A stretch of 64,000 nucleotides of DNA from an uncultured Methanoregulaceae archaeon (GTDB lineage: Archaea > Halobacteriota > Methanomicrobia > Methanomicrobiales > Methanospirillaceae): NCBI GenBank assembly GCA_963717525.1, contig OY970343.1, positions 896,001-960,000 on the forward strand, given 5' to 3'. The notes beneath the pieces were generated by a model. That model ran no database searches and was not told the origin of the DNA. It worked only from the letters and a program-made list of their open reading frames with translations. Positions 12,877 through 23,798 of the stretch are shown one piece after another. The stretch's first letter is position 1, and each line of letters starts with the position of its first letter. A program made the translations under genes and the position numbers.

Positions 12877-14031
12877 TCACCAAAAAGACCGGATCCCGGA
12901 GATGAGAAGGGGTGAAAAGAACCGGAAGAGTGAAGGGTTTTTTGCGAGGATTCCCGCGATCTTTGCCGGCCGGTCCATATCCCCATGCCGGACAATCTCT
13001 TCGATAATTTCAGGGTTGTTCATCGCGAGGATCATCCGGTCGATGGTCGCTGCAGAAAGGTGCCGGCGCATCTGGAAGAGACGGTAACCGAGCGCGAGCT
13101 CCCGTCCGATGTCTGCCTGCCAGCGCCGCTCGTACTCGGCGAGCGCGGCATCAGAGAAGCTATCCTGTTCACAACACGCGGTCGCCACCGCAGCTGCATG
13201 CCGGGCCGAGCGGATACCGGTATAGACCCCTCCGCCGGATGTAGGCTTCGCAAACCCGGCTGCATCGCCGATAAACAGGGTCCGGCGGCCATACGTCCGG
13301 GGCATCACACCCAGCGGGATCGTACCGGTGACCAGATGCAGGTCCGAGCGCAGGCCGATTCTCTTCACAAAGGCCAGAAAACGTTCCCGTACCAGCCTTG
13401 TCCCGCAAAGCCCCACCCTCGCCCGGTCATTCCCGGACGGGATGACCCAGCCGAAGAATTCCGGGGATGCGCCCGGGTACAACTCGACAAGATCAGGGTC
13501 ACTTTCGCGTTTTCCCTCTGCCTGGATACCCGCGAGATAGACCGGGGATCGCTCCATACCGTAACTGCGGGCGATCGTACTCCGGGGCCCGTCTGCTGCG
13601 ATCAGGATCTTATAAGCAATCTCTGCATGCCCATCGATCCCCCGGGTGATTACATGGTAATCCCGGATCCCACTGACCGAAGTCTTGAGCATAAATACCG
13701 CTCCTGCATCTGCCGCTGCCGCCGCCATTTCACGGTCAAGCATGCCCCGGTCCACAATATACGCTTTCGGAGTCTTTGCATCGATGACAAGGGGTGATCC
13801 TGAAGATGACACTATGCGGGCGCCGGTTACGGTGTTCTGGATCGGGCGCCGGGACACGGCGCATTCATCAAACGCAGCAAGGGAGAGGAGGCCGGCGCAT
13901 TGCACCGGGTAGCCGATGCTCCCCTGCTCCTCAATGCAGAGAACAGAAAGTCCGCGATCTGCGCAGGCACGGGCGGCTGCACAGCCCGCCGGCCCGGCTC
14001 CGGCAACAACGATATCATAGGCCGGCGTCAT
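12877..14031 (-). CDS. Geranylgeranyl reductase family FAD oxidoreductase (digeranylgeranylglycerophospholipid reductase-like)
   Basis: GAGPAG Rossmann motif, CAG, FFGWVIP (YxWxFP-like), GDAAG..PTSGGG. Confidence 0.88.
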   Translation of the reverse strand: MTPAYDIVVAGAGPAGCAAARACADRGLSVLCIEEQGSIGYPVQCAGLLSLAAFDECAVSRRPIQNTVTGARIVSSSGSPLVIDAKTPKAYIVDRGMLDREMAAAAADAGAVFMLKTSVSGIRDYHVITRGIDGHAEIAYKILIAADGPRSTIARSYGMERSPVYLAGIQAEGKRESDPDLVELYPGASPEFFGWVIPSGNDRARVGLCGTRLVRERFLAFVKRIGLRSDLHLVTGTIPLGVMPRTYGRRTLFIGDAAGFAKPTSGGGVYTGIRSARHAAAVATACCEQDSFSDAALAEYERRWQADIGRELALGYRLFQMRRHLSAATIDRMILAMNNPEIIEEIVRHGDMDRPAKIAGILAKNPSLFRFFSPLLISGIRSFW

Positions 14032-14049
14032 GACGGGGTACCAAAAAAG

Positions 14050-14649
14050 TTACCGGGAGGTTTTCTCGTCGGTTTTATCAGCCGGTTTTATGGGGAGCCG
14101 GCAGCTGTTGATGATAAAAGTGTGCGGGGATACGGGCACTTCGTCGCCCTCTTTTAAGGTAAGCCCTATAAAGATAGCAAAGAGCCCAAGAACAAAGGAG
14201 ATGGTGCCAACCACGGTCATTACGATAAAGGACCGCATGGCCGGAACAAAGGTAAGAAAGATATAAAGCAGGATCACGCTGCTTGCGATTACGGCGCCTA
14301 CCAGATAATGTTTCGTCTCCTTCCTGGTCAGCGCACACGATATCCCGGTGTAGCCGGCATAGAACGCCAGCACGGCAATGGCAAGGACGAAAACGAACGA
14401 GAGAGAGGACGGAAAGAGCATCTCGATGATACCGATAACTAACAAAGCCGCAGAACAGAGAAACCAGAATAAGGATTCATCTGTAAGGGAGGTGATGGCG
14501 ATCAGAGCGCAGATTATTATTCCTGCGATAAGAAGCACCCAGAATATCCCGGTAAAAAAGGCGAGGACAGGCCCCGGTACCACCAGCGCAAGCCCGCCAA
14601 AGATCACTCCTGCCAGACCTTTCAGGAGGCAGGATAGTTTTGCATCCAT
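14050..14649 (-). CDS. Six-TM membrane protein (HdeD/DUF308-like)
   Basis: Repeated hydrophobic helices, starts with 'LLKGLAGVIFGGLALVVPG' as in HdeD-like proteins. Confidence 0.65.
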   Translation of the reverse strand: MDAKLSCLLKGLAGVIFGGLALVVPGPVLAFFTGIFWVLLIAGIIICALIAITSLTDESLFWFLCSAALLVIGIIEMLFPSSLSFVFVLAIAVLAFYAGYTGISCALTRKETKHYLVGAVIASSVILLYIFLTFVPAMRSFIVMTVVGTISFVLGLFAIFIGLTLKEGDEVPVSPHTFIINSCRLPIKPADKTDEKTSR

Positions 14650-14702
14650 AGAATTACGTCACTGTGATCGCGTTAATAGTTTCGTATGTGCTACAGGGGT
14701 GT

Positions 14703-14936
14703 TTACTCACGCCCGAACCCGAAAAACTCTATGCCCACTACTTTTTCCAGCACGTAAAGGATGGCAAAGAAAAAAACCGCGTACAGGACAAAGCTGATGA
14801 CAAAATTCACCCAGCCGGTCAGGCCGGAGTAATTCATGACAATGTTTGAGAGTGCATCTGCAATAATAATCGCAACGAGGATCCCAAGGAAAAAGATCAC
14901 CCATTTCTTGACATCGGCAAATTCCATACAGATCAT
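14703..14936 (-). CDS. Small two-TM membrane protein
   Basis: 77 aa with two hydrophobic helices; purine-rich RBS-like sequence upstream. Confidence 0.65.
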   Translation of the reverse strand: MICMEFADVKKWVIFFLGILVAIIIADALSNIVMNYSGLTGWVNFVISFVLYAVFFFAILYVLEKVVGIEFFGFGRE

Positions 14937-15218
14937 GTGACCTCATCCCTATTAAAACTCCCAAAACCTGCACAGGTCAAAGGACGCAGTATTCTCATCC
15001 CCATCGACTGCAAAAAGATGTAATCCTTGAGGGAACCCCATGCGTGCAGGAGAAAGCCGGCTGCACCACTCTAAGAAAGTATTTGTGCAAAACCTTCCCA
15101 ACATCACGCAGACACCCGGGATCGCTACCGCTGCCGGGCCACGAAATGTTTGGGCCTGCGCAAGGAAAAAAGAGCACGATTGCCGGGAAAGAGATACTCT
15201 ACCCCAAAACATCAGCTT

Positions 15219-15566
15219 ATGACAGGAAGAAACACGCGCGAACTGCTGCATGGCATCCTTGACGAAATCGTGCAGATCTCCCGGCTGACCGAAGGACGAC
15301 AATACGAGAATTTTTACCGGGACGAGCAGGCCTATGGAAAGGTTACCGTCTGCATCAGGGCCATAGGCGAGATGGTGCGGGGAATCCCGACCATTGTCCG
15401 GGTGAAATACGCGCTCGTGCCCTGGAATGAGCTTGGAGCATTCGAAGAGGCAATCGGCCGGGTAGAGCCGGTCAACCGGCCCCGGCTTGTCTGGAAGATT
15501 AGCACCGAAACTCTTCCGCGTATCCGGCTGATGGTGGAAGACCTGCTCAAAGAGATAAAAACATAA
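15219..15566 (+). CDS. DUF86/HepT-like HEPN protein with degenerate active site
   Basis: Family pattern L..IL..I..I......F..D........I..IGE....IP......VPW...VW.....LP is present; the RxxxxH motif is absent. Confidence 0.7.
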   Translation: MTGRNTRELLHGILDEIVQISRLTEGRQYENFYRDEQAYGKVTVCIRAIGEMVRGIPTIVRVKYALVPWNELGAFEEAIGRVEPVNRPRLVWKISTETLPRIRLMVEDLLKEIKT

Positions 15567-15705
15567 GATTGGCGCAGCGTGTTTTCAGGGCATCCGGCCC
15601 GCACATCTTTACGAGAGGATGATGCTCCTTATCTTCCGGTCTCGATCACCCTTTTTTACCCCTGAGTCGCGAATGCTTATGGCGCCATGAGGCCTTTGTA
15701 CTGGC

Positions 15706-16248
15706 ATGGATGAAGAAGATCCCGGTTTCCTGCCCGGTGCTGATGCCCCTGTGTCGCCGGAGCCTGTACCTGTACCGGCAGCACCCATGGGTCGGGGGTT
15801 CTGGGCAGTGATGACCCTTATAGGTATCCTGATTCTCCTCATCATTTATGCCCAGGTCCAGGGTATAACCCGGCCTGTCTCGGTCAACCTGACCGGCACC
15901 AGCTGGACGCTTGACTCGTATGCGGACGCGGCAGGGAGAATGGTCACGGTAAATACCGGAAATGAGGTAAACCTCTCGTTTGATCCTGAAAACACAACAA
16001 CTCTGGACGGATATGCAGGCTGTAACTGGTACTCGTATACATATTTCAGATATAACACCACCATGCTTCAAATCGGGAACGGGACGTCCACTCAGCGGTT
16101 CTGTGATGATACCGGCGTGATGCAGGCCGAATCGGCTTACCTGCGTGATCTTAACAACACGTCTGTCGTCAGGTTCCGCAGCGGGCAGCTCACCTTATAC
16201 GATGCAACCGGGAAGCCAATTCTCATATTCAAGCAGTCCAGCAGCTGA
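15706..16248 (+). CDS. META (HslJ-like) domain membrane-anchored protein
   Basis: TM segment then LTGTSWTL, GYAGCNWY, STQRFC, MQAESAYL motifs. Confidence 0.85.
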   Translation: MDEEDPGFLPGADAPVSPEPVPVPAAPMGRGFWAVMTLIGILILLIIYAQVQGITRPVSVNLTGTSWTLDSYADAAGRMVTVNTGNEVNLSFDPENTTTLDGYAGCNWYSYTYFRYNTTMLQIGNGTSTQRFCDDTGVMQAESAYLRDLNNTSVVRFRSGQLTLYDATGKPILIFKQSSS

Positions 16249-16399
16249 CCCGGTTGCCTTTTCATTTTCTGCTGGAGACTGGCTCTGTTAACGGTCCGTG
16301 AATGGTCGGCTTTTATGCTGGAAACCAGACTGCACGTATATACGAACATTAAAAAAAGGCGGGTACAAGAAGTAGTAAACGGGAGTTGGAAGAGAAGTT

Positions 16400-17707
16400 A
16401 TGGATGCAAAGAGCGAACGAAAGGAAGGCGTGCTCATCTTTTTTATCAATGGTAGGCTGGACGCGTTCGGTGCCCAGCAGCTGGATGAATGGATAAAAGG
16501 GGCGTTGCACGACGATGATAAGGAACTGGTGCTGGACCTCTCCGGTTCCACATACCTCTCGAGCGGTGGATTGCGTACGTTCAATGCGTTAAAAAAGGAG
16601 ATGAAGCGCAGGAACGGGCGCTTTGCCCTAGCAGGAGTCGGGGAGTACCCCAGAAAAGTGCTCGACATGGCCGGGTTTTCGACCATCCTTGAGATCTTCC
16701 CGACTGCGGATACAGCTGTCGAAGACATGCGAAAGAAGCGTAAGAACCCGACGCTTTTTAACGAGATTTTCTACAAGAAGATCGAGGAGGAGGGCGTTAC
16801 ACTTACCATAGAACCGGGCTGGATGACCCATCCGCCCGCACTCAAGATCACCGGGGACCTGTCGAAAGTACTGCATGCACGGCTCACCGAATCCGATATC
16901 AGGACTAATAAGTTCTCCGAGATCACCTACTCGCTTGGTCTTGGTGCACTTGGGTCCGATAAAAAAGAGGCGATGCCTCTCATGGGAGAGATGATCACCC
17001 TGTACGGCTCCATGGTCTGGCTGCCAACCGACGGGAATAACACCCCGGATTTCTTAACCCCGCTCGATGCGGAGGGAGACGTCCCGGTCTACACGGGGTA
17101 TAACGTCACGCTTGACGGCCCGTTCAACGAGTACCTGACGCTTGAAACCGGGGATCCCAAAGGCGTCAGCATCGCGGACATCTACCGGATGATCTTCTCC
17201 AGCGCAAAAAACCGGGTGAAGAGTAATAAAGGCGTGGTCGCAGTTGCCATCTGGGGCGTGCTTGAGGGTCTCGCGAGTTCCGGGATTAAGAAGGCGCCGA
17301 TTACAGGTGTGACGCTGCCCGGCAACACTACGATCATGGACCCGGCACAGTCAGCACAGTGGATGGCTTCCGACACCGGCATGTCCTATAAGGGAGACAC
17401 GCTCGTGAGCTTCGGTTTTGGTATCGATCTTACCTGCGACCTTGACGGTTTCCGGGCGGAAGACCTCGATGCCCTCTCTTACGCATACCCGGCAAACAAG
17501 GGGACCTCAAAGGTGATGTCCCTCCACAACCATGGCGTGGTCTTCCGGGGAGTACCGTACGACGCCTCGCTTGACCTGAATTCACAGGTAAAAAAGATCG
17601 TGAACGATGCGACGTTTGTGGATATGCGCCACCTGCTGGACAGCACCCGGCTCAAGCGTGCTAAGATCGGCGTTGCCTACATCCAGGAGATCGTCCGGGA
17701 ACCCTGA
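16400..17707 (+). CDS. STAS (anti-anti-sigma) domain fused to ~320-aa uncharacterised domain
   Basis: N-terminal GRLDA..LVLDLSGSTYLSSGGLR..VLDMAGF STAS signature. Confidence 0.85.
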   Translation: MDAKSERKEGVLIFFINGRLDAFGAQQLDEWIKGALHDDDKELVLDLSGSTYLSSGGLRTFNALKKEMKRRNGRFALAGVGEYPRKVLDMAGFSTILEIFPTADTAVEDMRKKRKNPTLFNEIFYKKIEEEGVTLTIEPGWMTHPPALKITGDLSKVLHARLTESDIRTNKFSEITYSLGLGALGSDKKEAMPLMGEMITLYGSMVWLPTDGNNTPDFLTPLDAEGDVPVYTGYNVTLDGPFNEYLTLETGDPKGVSIADIYRMIFSSAKNRVKSNKGVVAVAIWGVLEGLASSGIKKAPITGVTLPGNTTIMDPAQSAQWMASDTGMSYKGDTLVSFGFGIDLTCDLDGFRAEDLDALSYAYPANKGTSKVMSLHNHGVVFRGVPYDASLDLNSQVKKIVNDATFVDMRHLLDSTRLKRAKIGVAYIQEIVREP

Positions 17708-17730
17708 AGGTGTTTTCAGGCCCCCTTATT

Positions 17731-18146
17731 CTACTTTTTTTTTGTTAAGGTCAGGATATTTTTTCCCAGTTCATACCGGTATCGACTGTGTCGGTAACCC
17801 GCCGGATCAGGTAGACGCCAAGTCCCCCGGTCTCACGCTTCTCCAGAGACAAAGTGATGTCAGGGTCCGGGGTACAAAGCGGGTTGAATGCCGGTGCATG
17901 ATCCGTAATCTCCACGGTCAGAAGATCAGGACCGGCCTCACCGTGTATAGTAATCGTGCCCGGACTTCCGCAGTATCCGTGCCGGATGGTATTGGTGATC
18001 GCCTCTTCAACAGCAAGCTGCATATCGAGAACCTGCTGGTCAGAAAAACCAGCAGCCTTCATAAACTGCTCGATCTCAAGGGCGACCCCAGGCACCGCAT
18101 CGAGTTGGGCAGGAATGACAATGTGGGAAGTGGCGGACAGGATCAC
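17731..18146 (-). CDS. RsbW/SpoIIAB-like serine kinase (HATPase_c_2); apparent frameshift ~17780
   Basis: LAVEEAITNTIRHGY N-box, ITDHAPAFNP, RETGGLGVYLI G-box; adding one base restores the typical YRYELGKNILTLTKKK* end. Confidence 0.85.
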
Positions 18147-18464
18147 ACACCCCGTGTACCTGTCTGTCCCTGGTGCCTGCCGGTTATACACACCAGGTAC
18201 AAAAGCAGCCGGTACCAAATTCCCACCGCAGCTGGCATACGATTCCTCTGGTTATGATATTCAAATGCCTACCATAAAAAGACGGCTAACAAAACCGGGT
18301 CAAAATCGGGCCGGGCAAAACAGATCCGGGCCAACGGGAAAAATGGTAGCAGCGCCCCCTATAAACAGCACAACCATTTAAAATAAAAGAGAAGGATTAT
18401 CTCGGTACAGAAAGGATTACTGTAAAAGACGCCCCGGAATGCGCCAGTCTGCAGGGGGATACTC

Positions 18465-18821
18465 ATGGATATTACCACCACGATACATGATACAGCGGCC
18501 GTTCTTTCGGTAACAGGCCGCGTGGATGCCTTGACCGCCGGAGATCTCGAAGGAGCCATCAACGGCCGTATAGACCGTGGCGAACGGAAGATCATCCTTG
18601 ATTTTACCCGCCTGGCATATATCTCCAGCGGAGGGCTGCGGGTCCTGCTTGCGACAGCAAAGAAACTGCACAATGAGGGGGACCGGTTTATCCTCTGCGG
18701 CCTCTCCATCGAGGTGCAGAAGGTCATGAACCTCGCAGGGTTCACGGCCATTTTTTCCATCTGTGCTACGCCATCCGATGCATTGGCCGCGGCAAAAGAG
18801 CCGGCCAAGCCCCGCCCCTGA
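18465..18821 (+). CDS. Stand-alone STAS domain anti-anti-sigma factor-like protein
   Basis: GRVDA..IILDFTRLAYISSGGLRVLL..LAGF. Confidence 0.9.
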   Translation: MDITTTIHDTAAVLSVTGRVDALTAGDLEGAINGRIDRGERKIILDFTRLAYISSGGLRVLLATAKKLHNEGDRFILCGLSIEVQKVMNLAGFTAIFSICATPSDALAAAKEPAKPRP

Positions 18822-18873
18822 TCCTGTTCTTCCGGCCTGCATCCCGGAGTATGGTCCACGGGATCGAAGCCCG

Positions 18874-19642
18874 TCACCCCTCTTTCCCTGTTTTACCAGC
18901 CGTTGCAAGGTAGATCAAAAACTGGCTCGTCCCGTCGATCCCAAGGAGAGAAGCCATCGCGTCATCATCGAACGCAGCAATCGCGCAGACACCACAGCCG
19001 ACTGCCTCTGCGGCTGAGGTACAGGTTCTGGCAGACATGGCCGGCATCGAGGTGGAGGTCACGGTACCCGCGCTCGCCGTACCGCCATGTCATACGGTAA
19101 GGGACCGCAGTCCAGAGGAAGACCACACCGCACCTCATGATAAAATCCTGATCGAGGCAGGCATGAGCAATATCAATGTGGAGCGTGGGATCTGCAGAAA
19201 CCCGCTGGAGATTGTGGGAGAGGGCGAGGTACCGGTAAAGTCCCGGTGCAAGGTCTTCAACATCGTTAATGAGCAGGTACGTCTCGAAGGCATGTCGCGC
19301 CCCGGCAGAAGGGACGGTGCGGAAGGTGGCCACGCTGCCGTGCACGTGCCGGACTCCCTGCGTACACCAGAGCAGGAACGAGAGTTCCTCAAGGGAGAGT
19401 GGTTTTTTCCCGTACGATCGGACGCTGTGCCGCCGTTCGATGGCCATGCGGAGGTCCACAGAGGGGATCGAAAGTTCTGCTGGTTTCGGAAGAGCGACAA
19501 TTGGTATGCCGGGCGCTGCCGGTAGATCGAGCGGAGGCTGAGGCAGGCCGTTCTCCTGATCGGAGCGGCCCAGGTACCGGTACTTCGTGTATTCCATGAA
19601 TTCCCGGCCGATACCGACAGGTGAGGAAACAGGGTCTGGCAT
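18874..19642 (-). CDS. SagB/ThcOx-family nitroreductase; apparent frameshift ~19015
   Basis: RRHSVRSY, RTVPSAGARH, GLYRY, DAGHVCQNLYL; C-terminus (AAEAVGCGVCAIAAFDD..) continues in another frame. Confidence 0.88.
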
Positions 19643-19785
19643 AGGTAACGATCTATAGGATCCGCCCCAGATAGTCCTTGTGCCGGAACAGCCTGGCGAT
19701 GGCCCGGCCGGGATCGGCAGAGCAGGTAGTGAGGAACGGATATCAGTCTCAAAGGAGAACATGTTTCCACAACGGGAGGGATGAT

Positions 19786-20602
19786 ATGCCGGGAGATATT
19801 GCACGAGGTCTGGCGGAGGGGCCGCCGCTTGTAGAGTTTGAGAACGTCACTGTGATCCGGGGCACAACCCGGGTGCTCGAACTCAGTCACGCTTTCCCTT
19901 TGCGAAGGTGAGAACGTCGCCATCCTCGGGCCCAATGGTGCGGGAAAATCATCGCTTGTCAAGGCTATCACCCGTGAGTACTACCCGGTAATCGCAGAAG
20001 AGCCCGTAACCTTCCGGTTTCACGGGGAGGACAATTGGGATGTCTTTGACCTCCGGTCATTTATCGGGATTGTCTCAAACGATCTCCAGTACACCTTCAC
20101 CTGCACCATCACCGGTCATGAAGTGATCCTCTCCGGTTTCTTCTCAAGCATTGGCCTGTTTAACCGGGTGATTATACCTGATATGGAAGGGAAGGCCAAA
20201 GCGATCGAACGGCTCCTTAGGATCGAACGGCTGGCCGATCGGCCCATGAACTCGCTCTCATCCGGGGAGGCCCGGCGGTTCCTGATCGGGCGGGCACTCG
20301 CGCCCGGCCCGGCAACCCTCCTTCTGGATGAACCCACAAGCAGCCTCGATCTCTCTGCGCTGCACACGTTCCGCCAGGCTATGAGGGCGATAGCGCAGTC
20401 AGGGACCGGTATTATCCTTGTGACGCACAACCTCCACGATATCATCCCGGAGATCACCCGGGTTGTCACGATGAAAGACGGCCGAATCTTTGGAGACGGG
20501 GAGAAGACAGCTATGCTGACTGATGAAAAGATCGGCCGGCTTTTCTCGGTGCCGGTCCATGTGCGGGAAGAGGACGGCTGGTATTATGCGACCGGGTACT
20601 AA
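19786..20602 (+). CDS. Orphan ABC ATPase (ModF/YlmA-like); apparent frameshift ~19880
   Basis: GPNGAGKS, LSSGE, LLLDEP, VTH; no adjacent permease. Confidence 0.82.
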
Positions 20603-20803
20603 CGTATCCGCCAGCGTGGGAGCGGCCGGTTAAGAAATCCCGAAAAAAATCCGGTTGGCATGGTCTTTATCTGTGTGCAGGTGACAAGAATTTCTTACCT
20701 CATCAGGTACCGGGATTTCCCCCCTCATCCCTGATGATTCGATAACCGGCACAGGCAGACTTCGTTGAAAACGATGGCCAATCTGCCGGTCGCGAGGTTT
20801 TCT

Positions 20804-21368
20804 ATGGAAAAGATCCAGCTGCATACCCAGGCTCCCGCAGCGCCGCTCCCGATCGTTATCGCCGGCGCTCTCGTACAGGGAAAGGAGAACTACCTGACAA
20901 TAGGCGCGTATGGCATCATGTCCATACAGCCACCGGTGGTCTATATCTCATCCATGAAGGCCCATTACACGAATGCCGGGATAAAAGAGACCGGCTGACT
21001 TCAGCATCAACGTGCCGCCGGCAGGACTTGTCAGGAAGACCGACTACTGCGGACTTGTTTCGGGGCGCGACACCGACAAGTCCGGGGTTTTCACACCGTT
21101 CTACGGCAAGAAGAAGCTCGCCCCGATGATTCGCGAGTGCCCGGTCAATGCACTCTGTAAACTCGTAAAGACCGTAGAACTCCCCAATAACGACGTTTTC
21201 ATTGGCGATGTCATCGAATATTATCTGGACAAAAGCTGCCTTGCAGATGGCATCCCCGATCCAAAAAAGACCGAACCACTCCTCCTGTACGGCCACTCGT
21301 ACCGGAGGCTGGGCCGGGCTGCCGGCACTGCCTTTGCAGCCGGGAAAGCACTCATGAAGAAGCGTTGA
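20804..21368 (+). CDS. Flavin reductase family (flavoredoxin-like) protein; apparent frameshift ~20997
   Basis: HYTNAGIKETG(Y)FSINVP..DYCGLVSGRDTDK..APMIRECPVN. Confidence 0.85.
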
Positions 21369-21496
21369 AAATATTTTTTCCTGTGCGGCACGAAGAGAAC
21401 AGGCGATGCATCGGGGTCACCCTGTCCAAAGTCGGGCACCGGCCTGTCAGCCGTTAATACCCGGCATCGCGGAAAGTCCGGGTAGAGTCCGGAGGA

Positions 21497-22450
21497 TCAG
21501 GCACTCTCCCTCATCCCGATCACATTCCGGATCTGATCCTGTGTCTCCTTCGGTGTCCCGGTGGTGTTGAGCAGGTAGCATTCCGTCCGGTCGATGAGAT
21601 CACCGATGTATTGTTCCCGGAGGGCGGTCTTGCGGGCGTCCCGTACGAGAAGGTGAGGGTTGAAATACCCGTTCTCCGTAAAGAGCGCAAGCGCCTCGCA
21701 CTTCTCCAGCCGGCAGAGTATCCGGGAATTGGCCGGGTACCGGTGCAGGATGATGAGCGTCCCGAGGGTGGAAAGCGGGAGCAGCCTGCCCTTTCCCACC
21801 ACCCACCGGATGTCGGCCACTGCCCGCCCGTCTGCGTCAAACTCGTCTGCAGCGACAAGGCCGTCGAACTCCTTCCATATTGCGGAAAGGTCCTGCCGGA
21901 TGTAGAAGTTCCGCTCGGATCCGTACGCAAGGATCTCTGGGCCGAAGATCCGTGCAAAGAACCAGTCGTCAGAGATGATCCGGGCGTGGGGATCACGGAG
22001 GAGGCCATAGGTCTGCGTGGTCTTTCCCGCGCCAGATAACCCGACCATGCCAAGACCTTTTCCGGCAATGTCAACGCAGGCGCCGTGGACCGAAGAGATC
22101 CCGTGCTCGTCCTCAAGGATATCACCACACAGTCCGAGCGCAATAGACTTGATCCAGCCGTAGTAGGAGAAGTTTGAGAGGAATGCAGTCTTGGAGTACG
22201 GATCGAACTGCACGGTGTTCTCACCCACGGATGGGTCCCTGAAAACATAGAGCCGGCCGTGCGACCGGATGTTCTGGGACATCGGGTAAAAGTTCTCCTG
22301 CCAGGTCTCGAGCAGCGTCCGGTCATCGGAGATCAGCTTAATACAGCAGCCGAATATCTCGGACTTGATCTCGTACCTGGCCCGGGGGGCACAGCGCCCG
22401 GCGAGCCGCTCTTTCTCCTCCGGGGAGATCAGGGTAACATTGTAGGTCAT
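21497..22450 (-). CDS. HPr-kinase/PEPCK-like P-loop protein of unknown function
   Basis: VHGACVD, GLSGAGKTT Walker A, IISDD motif. Confidence 0.7.
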   Translation of the reverse strand: MTYNVTLISPEEKERLAGRCAPRARYEIKSEIFGCCIKLISDDRTLLETWQENFYPMSQNIRSHGRLYVFRDPSVGENTVQFDPYSKTAFLSNFSYYGWIKSIALGLCGDILEDEHGISSVHGACVDIAGKGLGMVGLSGAGKTTQTYGLLRDPHARIISDDWFFARIFGPEILAYGSERNFYIRQDLSAIWKEFDGLVAADEFDADGRAVADIRWVVGKGRLLPLSTLGTLIILHRYPANSRILCRLEKCEALALFTENGYFNPHLLVRDARKTALREQYIGDLIDRTECYLLNTTGTPKETQDQIRNVIGMRESA

Positions 22451-22602
22451 GGAATAGCCTCGGACATGACGCACTTCTCTTGATAATCCGGCGTACCGGG
22501 ATAGGATGCTTTCGGTTGGTAAGTGTCCGTACGTATTGCCGGTACACAGGAATTGCAAAATATCTGTATCTGATAAATACGGAATAAGAGGAAAAACGCC
22601 AA

Positions 22603-23798
22603 TTACGGGATAGCGTCTGTATCGATAAAACAGAACGGATCCTCAGTGGAAAAATCACCGGTCTTTGCAAACGCCCGTACCCGGCAACCCCCGCCACAGA
22701 AATCGAAATACCCGCATTTCCCGCACTTTCCACCGACATGAGCGGGTTTTTTACGGAAGCGCTCAAGCACCGGGTGCGCAGCATCTGCCCAGAGTGTACC
22801 TGAAAGGCTGCGTCCGGATATTCCCGATAAAAAAATCCGGGGATCGGGCAAACTGGCAGGGATACACATTGCCGCACGGGTCGATATTGGCTACCCGGCT
22901 CCCTGCACTGCACCCGCCTTTTGAGGACTCCAACAGTTCGCGGGCATCTGCAAGGTCAGCAGAGCCATCCCGCTCCATGGACCGGATCAGGTGGACACAG
23001 TCCTGCGGTGCATCGACGGTGAGAAATTCCATGGTGCCGGGATCGGTCTCCTGCGCTTTCCGGTACAGCAGGTCAAGGGCAGTGGTAACCTCGCCGGGGG
23101 CGAGCTGGAGGCGGGAATAGTCTGTCGCTCCCCCTGCCACTGGGGACGAGCCAGTACAGGCAGAATCGGGAGGCACCCAGGGAAAGGGCCAGGTCAACGA
23201 TGGCTCCCAGTTCGCCGGCGTTCTCCTTTGTCAGCGTCACCCGTACACCGCAGCGGACCCCGGCCTCGTGACACCGGGCAAACGCCGCAACGGACCGGTC
23301 GAATGCCCCGGGCGTCTGCCGGAAGCGGTCGTGCGTTTCCGCAGTTGAACCGTCCAGAGAGATACCGGCATATTCGATACCACATTTTTTTATCTTTTCA
23401 GCAACTTCCGCTGTGATCAGTGTCCCGTTTGTGGAAAGCGCGGTCTTGATCCCTCGTGCGGCGGCATGGCCTGCAAGTTCCCAGATATCGTGGCGCAGCA
23501 GCGGCTCTCCTCCTGAGAAGAGGATGAGCGGAACTCCCATGCCGGCAAGATCATCGATGAGAGCCAAGGCCTCGGCAGTGGTCAGTTCCCCCTCCGTCTG
23601 CCGGTCGGGGCCTGAGCGGCTGTAGCAGTGGGTGCAGGTAAGATTGCATTTCTCGGTGAGATTCCAGAATACAACGGGTCGAGGCATTTCAGAAAAAGCA
23701 AGGTACCTGCTGGGGACTTGGCCGGCAGGAGTGCGCCGGTGCTTCATAACCTCGCTCACGGTTCCCCGGCCATGCAGGCACTGGGTAATCCGGTTCAT
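22603..23798 (-). CDS. ahbC: Radical SAM/SPASM protein AhbC-like (Fe-coproporphyrin synthase); apparent frameshifts ~23120, ~22795
   Basis: [19 protein letters not shown] (CxxxCxxC), SGGEP, SPASM cysteines (GCSAG..PC..GKCGKC..CGGGCR..DPFC); operon with ahbA/B. Confidence 0.8.

Noticed and set aside
18874..19642. RiPP (azole) biosynthetic cluster around the SagB-like gene, or the radical SAM/SPASM genes as peptide maturases
   Set aside because: No YcaO, precursor peptide or RRE; the radical SAM genes are explained by AhbA/B context
20990..21010. TGA in the flavin reductase as selenocysteine or readthrough
   Set aside because: The downstream homologous sequence is in a different frame; one extra base explains it
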